Positions 9,910-18,037 of a stretch of 64,000 bases of DNA are shown piece after piece (the stretch's first letter is position 1; each line of letters starts with the position of its first letter). The notes under the pieces are model-generated. The model did not search any database, was not told the DNA's origin, and saw nothing but the letters and a program-made list of their open reading frames with translations. The translations under genes and the position numbers were made by a program. The stretch spans positions 20,404-84,403 of the forward strand of contig DAIMZF010000002.1 in assembly GCA_036734085.1 (NCBI GenBank). Reading direction: 5' to 3'. The stretch comes from Aggregatilineales bacterium (GTDB lineage: Bacteria > Chloroflexota > Anaerolineae > Aggregatilineales > Phototrophicaceae).

Positions 9910-10365
9910 ATGTTTACTGGACGGGGTAGAGGGGCAAAATCTTTAGCGGATTATGCGCGCATTGTGGAGGCTAGCCTGCACGAACTGGGGATAGACCCCG
10001 GCGCGTCAAATATGACGGTCGATCGGGGTTATGGCTGGCGGTTTAAGCGTGGCTCGGCCATCATAGAAGTCTACACGGCAGACCAGGAAGGGCGCGGCTA
10101 TTTGCAGGTGCTTTCCCCGATTATGCACTTGCCTGCTACCGGACTGTTGCCGCTATACCGCCGCTTGCTGGAATATAACATGCAGTTGACCAACGCGGCA
10201 CTCGGAGTTTATCAGGATGTTGTCTACGTGTTTAGCGAGCGCCCTCTGCAGGATTTAGACAGCAGTGAAGCATCTACCATCATCACAATGGTGGCAGGCT
10301 ACGCCGATGACCTTGATAACGCGCTTGTTAATGAGTACGGCGGGCGACTCTACTCTCAGATTTAA
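9910..10365 (+). CDS. YbjN-like (T3SS-chaperone-like sensory transduction regulator family) protein
   Basis: 151-aa ORF with an AAGGAG SD. The sequence pattern (IIEVYT..., YLQVLSPIMHLP, LYRRLLEYN, acidic C-terminal part) resembles the YbjN family. Recognised from memory only. Confidence 0.5.
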   Translation: MFTGRGRGAKSLADYARIVEASLHELGIDPGASNMTVDRGYGWRFKRGSAIIEVYTADQEGRGYLQVLSPIMHLPATGLLPLYRRLLEYNMQLTNAALGVYQDVVYVFSERPLQDLDSSEASTIITMVAGYADDLDNALVNEYGGRLYSQI

Positions 10366-10367
10366 CT

Positions 10368-10400
10368 AAAAAGCCGGGTACATTGGTTTGTCCCGGCTTT
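10368..10400. terminator. Bidirectional intrinsic terminator
   Basis: AAAAAGCCGGG-N13-CCCGGCTTT hairpin with a 9-bp GC-rich stem. It is flanked by an A-run on one side and T-rich sequence on the other. It sits between the convergent YbjN-like gene and the poly-Asp ORF. Confidence 0.7.
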
Positions 10401-10437
10401 AGTGTTTATCAGGTTAGGTAAGTGACTGACGGACTAA

Positions 10438-10590
10438 CTAATCGTCATCGTCGTCAAAATCATCATCGTCCAAGTCGTCGTCATCATCGAAGTCGTCATC
10501 GTCGTCGAAGTCATCATCATCATAATCATCATCGTCGTCATCATCCGGGCCTAGCCCGTAGATGAGTTCAAGGTCTAAATCAATCATCAT
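10438..10590 (-). CDS. 50-aa poly-aspartate microprotein (not in the ORF track)
   Basis: ATGATG start with AGGAG 4-5 nt upstream and a TAG stop at 10438-10440. The translation is MMIDLDLELIYGLGPDDDDDDDYDDDDFDDDDDFDDDDDLDDDDFDDDDD. A hairpin plus T-run terminator follows on this strand. Confidence 0.55.
   Translation of the reverse strand: MMIDLDLELIYGLGPDDDDDDDYDDDDFDDDDDFDDDDDLDDDDFDDDDD
10441..10545 (-). repeat. Imperfect (GAY)n trinucleotide tract
   Basis: 35 consecutive codons, 30 of them GAT/GAC. Single TAT/TTC/TTG/TTT codons interrupt the run every 5-8 codons. Confidence 0.9.
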
Positions 10591-10705
10591 TCGCTCCTAT
10601 TGTATAGGACTAATTATCCACTACCATCTTATGCATTTTTCGCCACAAAATACCCCCAATTTTTTGGGATGTGTTTTGTAGACAATGGCGTTTTAATTGA
10701 TTCCC

Positions 10706-13405
10706 CTATTCATCATCTGTCGGCGTTGGGGGCTTCTTTAAATCATCAATGCGAATACCTGTGCCGATGTTAACTCGCTTTGATTGGCCTTCGTCCGTGA
10801 CATTTTTTGCCTTACCTAAATTGACATCAAGCTCTGTGGCATTTTCTTCATCCTGAGGGATGCGTGCTTGGGCGGCGTCGATTTCTGTCTTCAGGTTTTG
10901 CGCCTCCGGGATTGTCTCTAGTGTGGTGCTTGCTGTTGACAAAGTGCTGGTGGGGGCACTATATGGCACAACCGGCACACGTTCCAGATACCTTTCGCCC
11001 AGATAACGGGTAAAGGCGCGTAAGTCATCCAGGAATGTAATAAAGTGTCCACCCAACGCGATGAGCAAGGCAAAGGTAATGCCGACTGTGTAAATCTGCT
11101 CCCCATACAACCACTGAAAGCCATCGCTTGTAGAGAACATATTGCCGTAAGGCAGAATAGATTGGCTGAACTCCAACAAATTGCCACTGGGCGATTCTGT
11201 TGGGCGGAATGGCCCGACTTCCGCAAAGCGCCGCCCAACAAAATAAGTGATGTTGATGGGCAAGTAAATCAAGAGTGCCGTTAATGGGATGGCGACATAG
11301 CTCCGTAGATTGAACAGCGCGGTTAGCCAGAAGCCGCCCATCAGCCCTAAGCCGCCGAAGGTCATCACGCGCCAGTCAATCGGTAAATCCTGTAAGTACC
11401 CCCACGTGTACTGATACCAGATGAGCGACCCCCACCACGCGCCAAAGGCGGCGGCCAGCAGGCCGCGCACCCATGACGGCCAAAATCCACGCAGGCGGGC
11501 GGAAAACTCTCCGGTGATGGTGACTAAAATTGACACAGCAAAGCCGAATAGCAAGCCCACCGCCAGCGTATTAATCCACCGTTGCGGCGTAAAGATGCTA
11601 AAGCCGATAAATGTTGTCCAGATGTGTATGCCCATCGCCAGCCCTGCGCCGATGAGCGCCGTTGTAAAGCGCAGGAACAACCCAAGCGGGTCGCCCAACA
11701 TCCGCCGGAAGGTATTCGTCATCCAGGCATAAACCCTGCCGCCACCACTGACGACTTCTGGCAGGGAGGGCGCTTCGTCACGTACAAAAGCCAGTGCCCG
11801 CAAGCTACCGCGTCGCCCTTCGCGCTGTTGGGTGGCGATGTGCCGCACGGCGGAAGTAGAGCGCATCCGCCCGACGACACGCGCCGCAAATTCACTCACA
11901 CGCGGCATTCCCATATCCAGCGCGATTTCCGCGAGCAGTACGTCAATCTCCGGCGTGTAGACGATTTCGCGCCATGTCTGCGGGGCGTGCATGGTCTGTA
12001 ACTCGGCGCGTTCCTTCTTGGTTAACAGACGCCCGGTATAGACGGCAGATGGCGCTAGCCCGGCGAGGCGGTGGCGGGTATCCAGCACTTGCAAGGCCGC
12101 GATGCGTGCGTCTTCGTTGGTTTCTATCTGGAGCATCTGCCCGACGAGTTTGGGGATAACGGCTTTTTCTGCATCTGGCAGGGTTTCCAGCCGATACAGT
12201 GCCCGTACACGGGCGGGGGCACTGCCACTGCGGAGTGCGTGCAAGCATACCCAGCGTTGGTCTGCGATGCTCAGGCGTTGCCACCAATAATTCACCTCAT
12301 GGTCGTATTCCAGCGCACCACGCAGGAGCATCTGCATCCCGGCATTATCTAGTTCCAGGTTATGGTGCGATGCGTTCATATAATAGCCGTTCATGACCAT
12401 ATAATTCGTCACGCCCAGCAGAAAACGCCCGTTGCCGCCCGCCCAGTTGTGCCGTGCTCGTGTGTAGATGTCTACTGCCTCTAAGATTTCGCCTTCTAAG
12501 CCTTCGATGATGGGCAGGGTATAAAGCGGTTGGGCTTCGGTTGCAACAAAATCAGGCATTGTCGCGGAGTCGCTCCCGGCGGCAACACTTATCGACTCCA
12601 GATACGCCGCCTGTAATTCGTCAACCACGTTCATCAGTCTGGCATAACGTTCTGCCGGGTCGATGGCGGTGGCTTTGCGTAAAATAGTGGTAAAGCGTAG
12701 CGGGATTGATGGATTTACTGAGTCCAGGGCGGGCAGGACATCCTGAAATTGCATCTGCTTAAGGGCGAGTGGTGCGCTTCCTTCAAATGGGAGTTGCCCG
12801 GTAAGCATGTGAAACATCACGATGGCAAAGCTGTATAAATCCGCGCGATAGTCGATGATGTCCGAAGTCAGTTGCTCCGGTGCCATATAGAGCAATGTCC
12901 CGCTACCGGGATTAGCCGCCTTGCCTTCCGGGTCTAACACGGTCGCCAGACCAAAATCCGCCAGATAGGGCGAACGGTGACTATCTAATAACACGTTGGG
13001 CGGTTTTAAATCCAGATGCACTATTTTCCCGGCATGGGCATAATCCAGCGCCTGCGCGACGGCCTGCCCTAAGCGTAAAGCCTCTGTGATAGGCAATGGG
13101 CCGCGCCGGAGCAAGTCATCCAGCGAACCGCCCGCCACATAACGCATGACGATATAGAGTTGACCGTCGTACTCGCCAAAGTCATAAATTGGCAGAATAT
13201 GGGGGTGTTCCATCTGCGCGATGGTCTGCGCCTCTTGTTTGAACATATTCACAGGGGTGGCATCTTGCGAAAGCGTGTGCGCGACCGTCTTGATGGCGAC
13301 CATGCGATTGAGCTTACGGTCACGCGCCGACCAAACATCGGCCATGCCCCCCCGCCCGATATGCTCTACAACTTCGTATTGATTAATGATGACGCCAATA
13401 TCCAT
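10706..13405 (-). CDS. Polytopic membrane Ser/Thr protein kinase (non-RD)
   Basis: 899-aa ORF. Hanks motifs are GRGGMADV, VAIKT, HLDLKPPN (Leu in place of the RD Arg), DFGLA and YMAPE. A ~300-aa helical region follows, then at least six hydrophobic TM segments and an acidic tail. Confidence 0.85.
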   Translation of the reverse strand: MDIGVIINQYEVVEHIGRGGMADVWSARDRKLNRMVAIKTVAHTLSQDATPVNMFKQEAQTIAQMEHPHILPIYDFGEYDGQLYIVMRYVAGGSLDDLLRRGPLPITEALRLGQAVAQALDYAHAGKIVHLDLKPPNVLLDSHRSPYLADFGLATVLDPEGKAANPGSGTLLYMAPEQLTSDIIDYRADLYSFAIVMFHMLTGQLPFEGSAPLALKQMQFQDVLPALDSVNPSIPLRFTTILRKATAIDPAERYARLMNVVDELQAAYLESISVAAGSDSATMPDFVATEAQPLYTLPIIEGLEGEILEAVDIYTRARHNWAGGNGRFLLGVTNYMVMNGYYMNASHHNLELDNAGMQMLLRGALEYDHEVNYWWQRLSIADQRWVCLHALRSGSAPARVRALYRLETLPDAEKAVIPKLVGQMLQIETNEDARIAALQVLDTRHRLAGLAPSAVYTGRLLTKKERAELQTMHAPQTWREIVYTPEIDVLLAEIALDMGMPRVSEFAARVVGRMRSTSAVRHIATQQREGRRGSLRALAFVRDEAPSLPEVVSGGGRVYAWMTNTFRRMLGDPLGLFLRFTTALIGAGLAMGIHIWTTFIGFSIFTPQRWINTLAVGLLFGFAVSILVTITGEFSARLRGFWPSWVRGLLAAAFGAWWGSLIWYQYTWGYLQDLPIDWRVMTFGGLGLMGGFWLTALFNLRSYVAIPLTALLIYLPINITYFVGRRFAEVGPFRPTESPSGNLLEFSQSILPYGNMFSTSDGFQWLYGEQIYTVGITFALLIALGGHFITFLDDLRAFTRYLGERYLERVPVVPYSAPTSTLSTASTTLETIPEAQNLKTEIDAAQARIPQDEENATELDVNLGKAKNVTDEGQSKRVNIGTGIRIDDLKKPPTPTDDE

Positions 13406-13481
13406 AATATCTGCACACTTCTCCCTGCCTGTGACTGATTGCTTATATTATAGGGGCGGGGTGTAAATCCCACAATTTGCC

Positions 13482-16400
13482 CTAAAGCACATGCAGATAG
13501 TATCCATAAATAAAGCGCATCAACTCTAGCGCACCTACGGGTGCTTGCTTGTTGGTATCCAGTTTTTTAGCCAGCCCGCCATCCCCAAAGGCTTTTGCAT
13601 CGCTGGTCTCATCTAATAAGATGAGTAAATCTGCCAGGTATTGCCAGTCTCGCGCAATCTCGCGCAGGGTTTCGTCGACGCCCATCATGCCTGCGAAGCT
13701 CTGCATTTCCGTGATGATGACGCGGGCGTTCAGGTCGGGTCGCTTGTTGAGTGGGAGTGTTGTCACCAGTGGATGCAGGATAACGCGCAATTTGGCGAAC
13801 CCGTTCATCACTTCCGCCATAGAAAAATCCTGGAAAGGGTAACGTGTCGCGGCGGGCTTAATCTGTAGGGTCAGGCGGCGGCCTTCTACCAACCCGCCAC
13901 TCATCACACGCACAAAGTCAATCATGCTGGCCGGGTTCACCCTCCCGCTAACAACCTGTTTAGCGTGGGCGGCTTCGCCTGTTGTGCGCCCGGCGCGATA
14001 TTGACGTGCCAGGCGGATGATGCACCGGCCATCATATAAAATGTTTTCCAGGAACTTCTCGCGTTCCTTCGCCCGGACGCCGCCAGCACCAGGAAGCGTG
14101 CCCAAGCCCTCCTGCAAAGCGGACGCGCCGGGACGGTTGTTTTCATCCACATACATGCTGACGAGCTTGTGCAAAAATGCGATGACATCGTGCAACATCT
14201 CGGCGTAATCGTCGAGGTCGTATTGCCCCATGATGCGATGCACAAGATACGTCACTTCTAATGGGCGCTGAATTCCTTTGCCGAATTGCTTAACAAAAAA
14301 GCCAATCGCTTTAAGTGCATTTTCGTCATTTTGCAAGCGTACAGCCGCTCGCAATACATCCAGGCCGACGGCTTGCGCTTCCGCGCTCCAACCACTTTTG
14401 CGGTAGACCTGTGCGGCTAGTTTGACGCCGCCGCCGCCTTTTTCGCGGATGGCCGCCGGGATGATGTTCATGACAGTACGCATACCGTCGATGTCGCGGC
14501 GCAGTGTGTAATGGTCTAGCAGGCTGAAGATGGTCTTGGCCGGGAGTAAATCCGCCAGATTGCGGTTGCGTTCCAGTTCTTCCACCGCCCGCCGGACGAT
14601 AGGCTCTACTTCTACTGCGCCGCGATGAGGTTGCACCGCGCTCACCATTGCGACGACATACGGCGCGGAGCGTACCCCTGCCGCGCCTAGTTCGTCCAAC
14701 ATTGCGCTAAGGCGGCTTAGTGGAACTTGCGTTTCCGTAAAGAGTTCGCGCACCATCAGCAGGTAGGCTTCTTCGCGCTCCCAGGGGAGTTGCTTTAGTT
14801 GGCGTAACATGCCCTTAGCCAATGTTTCGTAATCACCCAATGCCAGATAAATCTGCAAAAGATAGCGCGGGCCGGGTTGGGGCAATGTTTCCAGCGCGTT
14901 GGTTTCCACTGCGCGGGCGATAAGGCGTAATTGGGCGGTATATTCGCGCCCTTCGGAGGAATTCGCCACACCGTACAACGCCCGGAAGACGGACGCATCC
15001 AGCAGATTGTAACGGCTGGTACGTTGTGCCACTTCACAAAAACGCACCAGAATATTTGCCTCCCAGCGTTCACCGTATTCGCGTGCGACACGGAGCAAGG
15101 TCTTCCCGGTGATGTCATCCGCGCCTTCTCCACTGATGAACACCCATGTTTTTGCCAGTTGTGGGTTTAACTTAGCGCGGAAGCGTTCCACGCTCATTAA
15201 TTCCTGGAAGTCCGTGTTGGGCAGGTAGCGCACGCCCAACAAAAACAGATGCTCCGCGATTTGTGCATCCTGATAGCTAAGCGGCAAGACGAGCTTAATA
15301 ACTTTGGGCGCTAAATCGTCTATTTGGAGTGTGATTCCGGCTTCGTGTAACTCTTTTAATATGCCAGCCGTTCCGGTGCTGTCGCCAGAGTAAATGAGCT
15401 TTTGTAGATGTGTCAGCGTTGCCCGGTGGGAGATATCCACCCACCGGAAGCCCTGCGGCCCAAGCGGGTTGTTCATCCACTTGATGAGCGTGCTATAAAT
15501 AAAACGGCTGGATTCATCGTCCAGTACATTATTGAGTTCCGTCAGTACCGCTTTTTCCAGCTTGTCATTACCGCGTAGCAGAATAGCAACAGGCGCGGCA
15601 GGCGTTAAATCGCGCATGGCTAAGCCCAGACGGAGCAGGTGCAGGGCATATTTCACCTGTAAATCCGGCGATAACGTCGGGTCTTCCACCAGAATTTTAG
15701 CAACTTCTTCTTTATTGACGGGCTGATTGTTGTTGAGTGCGGAGTCAATCTTGATGCGTGTGGAAGCATAGCCTAACGACTGCGCGAGGTTATCGCCCTG
15801 GTTCAGTCGCCATCCGGCGATGGCCGCCATCGCAGTATTCCGTTGGATGACGAGTTCTGCATCCAGCCGCAATTGGCTAACAACAAAATGGCTGTAGTCA
15901 TCCTGTGCATCGTGGCCGCCCAGTTTGGCAGACGGCCAATCGAAGGTCATGACGCCCGGCGGGGCGATGTTATCCCCCGTAAAGCGGATTTGCACGTCAA
16001 GTTCCAGCGCGGAAGGTGCATGTAAGGCAAAGGTCACGCCATAGCGGGCAGAACCGGGTAACAGGGCTAATAACCCTTGCAGGAAAGTCACCCGTTGCTC
16101 GATGCTCTCCGGCGCGTATTGCACATAAAGCGGGATGCCCTGCACAACGGCACTCAGCAGTTTTTCAATCGTGCCGACGTTGTTCCGCGTGTACGTCATC
16201 AAATCCAGGATGTGATTCACCTGTGCATCATTGCTGAGGGTGGGCGGGTCAATCAGGTCGATTGTCTTGAGGACACCACCTTTTTCTGTAAAACTAGGGA
16301 AGCTCTCCTGCGTTAGAAAACGCTGGATATTATGCACATTACCCGCGAGCGCCCGCACAACTTCCGGCGGCAGGACGATGTAATGCGACAAGGTATCCCC

Positions 16401-16640
16401 AGCGATGCCCTGCAAAGTCTGTACCAGCATAAAGGGCAGTTCCCGCGTTTTACCACGCACAAGCGCCCACGCACTGCCTTTGGCTTGCGGGGCAGGGGGC
16501 AGGCGCACACGTTCAACGGCTTGCTTGGCGATTTCCGTCGTGATGCCTTTGGATACAGCCACGACGCCGACTTTCGCACCGGGCTGTCCTTCAATCAATG
16601 TATGACCAAAATAAAAATGTTCTAAGCTAAATCTGGACAC
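13482..16640 (-). CDS. Large (1052-aa) cytoplasmic protein of unknown function
   Basis: Uninterrupted ORF with a GTG start and AAGGTG upstream. No signal peptide or TM segment. The sequence is mostly helical-looking with no recognised catalytic motif. The kinase gene lies 76 nt downstream on the same strand. Confidence 0.7.
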   Translation of the reverse strand: MSRFSLEHFYFGHTLIEGQPGAKVGVVAVSKGITTEIAKQAVERVRLPPAPQAKGSAWALVRGKTRELPFMLVQTLQGIAGDTLSHYIVLPPEVVRALAGNVHNIQRFLTQESFPSFTEKGGVLKTIDLIDPPTLSNDAQVNHILDLMTYTRNNVGTIEKLLSAVVQGIPLYVQYAPESIEQRVTFLQGLLALLPGSARYGVTFALHAPSALELDVQIRFTGDNIAPPGVMTFDWPSAKLGGHDAQDDYSHFVVSQLRLDAELVIQRNTAMAAIAGWRLNQGDNLAQSLGYASTRIKIDSALNNNQPVNKEEVAKILVEDPTLSPDLQVKYALHLLRLGLAMRDLTPAAPVAILLRGNDKLEKAVLTELNNVLDDESSRFIYSTLIKWMNNPLGPQGFRWVDISHRATLTHLQKLIYSGDSTGTAGILKELHEAGITLQIDDLAPKVIKLVLPLSYQDAQIAEHLFLLGVRYLPNTDFQELMSVERFRAKLNPQLAKTWVFISGEGADDITGKTLLRVAREYGERWEANILVRFCEVAQRTSRYNLLDASVFRALYGVANSSEGREYTAQLRLIARAVETNALETLPQPGPRYLLQIYLALGDYETLAKGMLRQLKQLPWEREEAYLLMVRELFTETQVPLSRLSAMLDELGAAGVRSAPYVVAMVSAVQPHRGAVEVEPIVRRAVEELERNRNLADLLPAKTIFSLLDHYTLRRDIDGMRTVMNIIPAAIREKGGGGVKLAAQVYRKSGWSAEAQAVGLDVLRAAVRLQNDENALKAIGFFVKQFGKGIQRPLEVTYLVHRIMGQYDLDDYAEMLHDVIAFLHKLVSMYVDENNRPGASALQEGLGTLPGAGGVRAKEREKFLENILYDGRCIIRLARQYRAGRTTGEAAHAKQVVSGRVNPASMIDFVRVMSGGLVEGRRLTLQIKPAATRYPFQDFSMAEVMNGFAKLRVILHPLVTTLPLNKRPDLNARVIITEMQSFAGMMGVDETLREIARDWQYLADLLILLDETSDAKAFGDGGLAKKLDTNKQAPVGALELMRFIYGYYLHVL

Positions 16641-16781
16641 GGCTCAACACCTTGCTTGTCCCCACCAATGATCGGAGTTTCTATCTCATTGATGTTTAAT
16701 CAATGACCCCGTTGCATAAGTATAGCGGTTATATTGCGATTCTGCTCTAATTTCTCTTGATGCAATCTAAGAGTTTACCGC

Positions 16782-16811
16782 TTGCAAATTTGAATTGTAA
16801 CAATGTATTAT
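16782..16811 (+). promoter_or_regulatory. Putative sigma70-type promoter of the DtxR-family gene
   Basis: TTGCAA (16782-16787), an 18-nt spacer, then TATTAT (16806-16811). It lies ~40 nt upstream of the ATG in an AT-rich divergent intergenic region. The spacer contains the palindrome ATTGT-A-ACAAT (16794-16804). Confidence 0.35.
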
Positions 16812-16849
16812 AAAGACGTGCATGATAAAAAATAAGGATAAAAGCAAGC

Positions 16850-17542
16850 ATGGCTGTTAGTCACGCGATGCAGGAATATCTTGCGGAAGCCTATCGCTTG
16901 GCGCATTATCAGGATAATAACCCGTATGTATCCACCTCTGCGCTGGCACGGGTGCTTAAGGTTTCTGCACCGGCAGTTACCCGTATGGTACAACGCCTGA
17001 AAGACGGCGGCTACCTGGAGCATGAGCCGTATCAAGGCATTCGGCTAACTCCGGCGGGGGAGCGCGAGGCTCTGTTGAGCATCCGCCGTCACCGTCTGGT
17101 GGAGCGTTTTCTGGTAGATGTGATGCTCTTCGGCTGGCACGAAGTCCACGAAGCCGCCGATGATTTAGGCGCTGTGGTGACTGACCGCCTTGTAGAGCGT
17201 ATGGAAAAAATGGCCGGACACCCCAAGCGTTGCCCGCACGGAGAGCCGATTCCATCCGCAGAGGGCGTGATGCCCCGTGTGATAGACCACCCGCTAACCG
17301 AAGCACAAGCCGGGCAGGACTATATCATCAGCCGGGCAAATTCTCATGATGAAGAAATGCTCAAATATCTGGATACGCTGGGGCTTAAGCCCGGCGCACG
17401 GATTCACCTGATTGAACAAGCGCCGTTTGAAGGGCCGTTGAAGGTAAATGTTAGCGAGCAGACGCACTTCATCGGCTATGCTATGGCGTCGGTGGTGCGT
17501 GTTTGCCACGAAGATGAATTCGAGTTGGATTACACCGCTTAG
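16850..17542 (+). CDS. DtxR/MntR-family metal-dependent transcriptional regulator with a C-terminal FeoA/SH3-like domain
   Basis: 230-aa ORF. The N-terminal wHTH is STSALARVLKVSAPAVTRMVQRLKDGGYL. Dimerisation and metal-site motifs include RRHRLVERFL, HEVHEAAD and CPHGEPIP. Confidence 0.85.
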   Translation: MAVSHAMQEYLAEAYRLAHYQDNNPYVSTSALARVLKVSAPAVTRMVQRLKDGGYLEHEPYQGIRLTPAGEREALLSIRRHRLVERFLVDVMLFGWHEVHEAADDLGAVVTDRLVERMEKMAGHPKRCPHGEPIPSAEGVMPRVIDHPLTEAQAGQDYIISRANSHDEEMLKYLDTLGLKPGARIHLIEQAPFEGPLKVNVSEQTHFIGYAMASVVRVCHEDEFELDYTA

Positions 17543-17922
17543 TCGCCGCGCTTCCAGCCTGCCAGCAGGATAAGCGCCCAACTGATGACTAACGCTGTAC
17601 CGCCTAATGGCGCAACCGCGCCCATCCAGCCCACGTTAAAAACCGCTAAAATATACAGGCTACCGCAAAAAATAAGCGTGCCGATGAACATGGCATAGCC
17701 CGCCCAAGCCAGCCATTTTTCGGCGCTCCGCTCCGCTAGCACCCCCACCAACAGCAACCCCAACGCATGATACATCTGGTAACGTGACGCCGTGTTGAAC
17801 GTGTCCACGCGCCCATTCGCCTCTAAAATTGCTTGCAGGCCGTGTGCGCCAAACGCGCCCATCGCTACACCAAACATCCCTAAAATTCCACCGGCGATGA
17901 TAAACTGTTTGCTCAGTTTCAT
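17539..17922 (-). CDS. DUF423-family small membrane protein
   Basis: Start set to ATG 17922, which has a GGAGA SD (the ORF-track GTG at 17952 is less likely). Four hydrophobic helices and the GAFGAHGL signature of DUF423/YgdD. Confidence 0.65.
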   Translation of the reverse strand: MKLSKQFIIAGGILGMFGVAMGAFGAHGLQAILEANGRVDTFNTASRYQMYHALGLLLVGVLAERSAEKWLAWAGYAMFIGTLIFCGSLYILAVFNVGWMGAVAPLGGTALVISWALILLAGWKRGD

Positions 17923-17988
17923 GCTGTCTCCAAAATTTGCTGATACTGTCACCCATCATAGCGTAAATGCTAGTTTCGTTAAACGCGC

Positions 17989-17994
17989 TATAAT
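17989..17994 (+). promoter_or_regulatory. Possible -10 element for pfk
   Basis: A perfect TATAAT lies 44 nt upstream of the pfk ATG. No convincing -35 was found. Confidence 0.3.
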
Positions 17995-18037
17995 CAAGGC
18001 TCTGGGCTTGATGTTCGTTTAAGATGAGAGGCACATC

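Noticed and set aside
10441-10545. The GAT/GAC tract read as a noncoding trinucleotide microsatellite.
   Set aside because: The tract is in frame with an ATG that has an AGGAG SD. It ends at a stop codon and is followed by a terminator, so I report it as a probable coding microprotein. It remains unverified.
15099-15122. [AG]xxxxGK[ST] match (ADDITGKT) in the 1052-aa orphan, which could suggest an NTPase.
   Set aside because: An acidic-rich loop is atypical for a P-loop. No Walker B or other NTPase motif follows. It is most likely a chance match to a short pattern.
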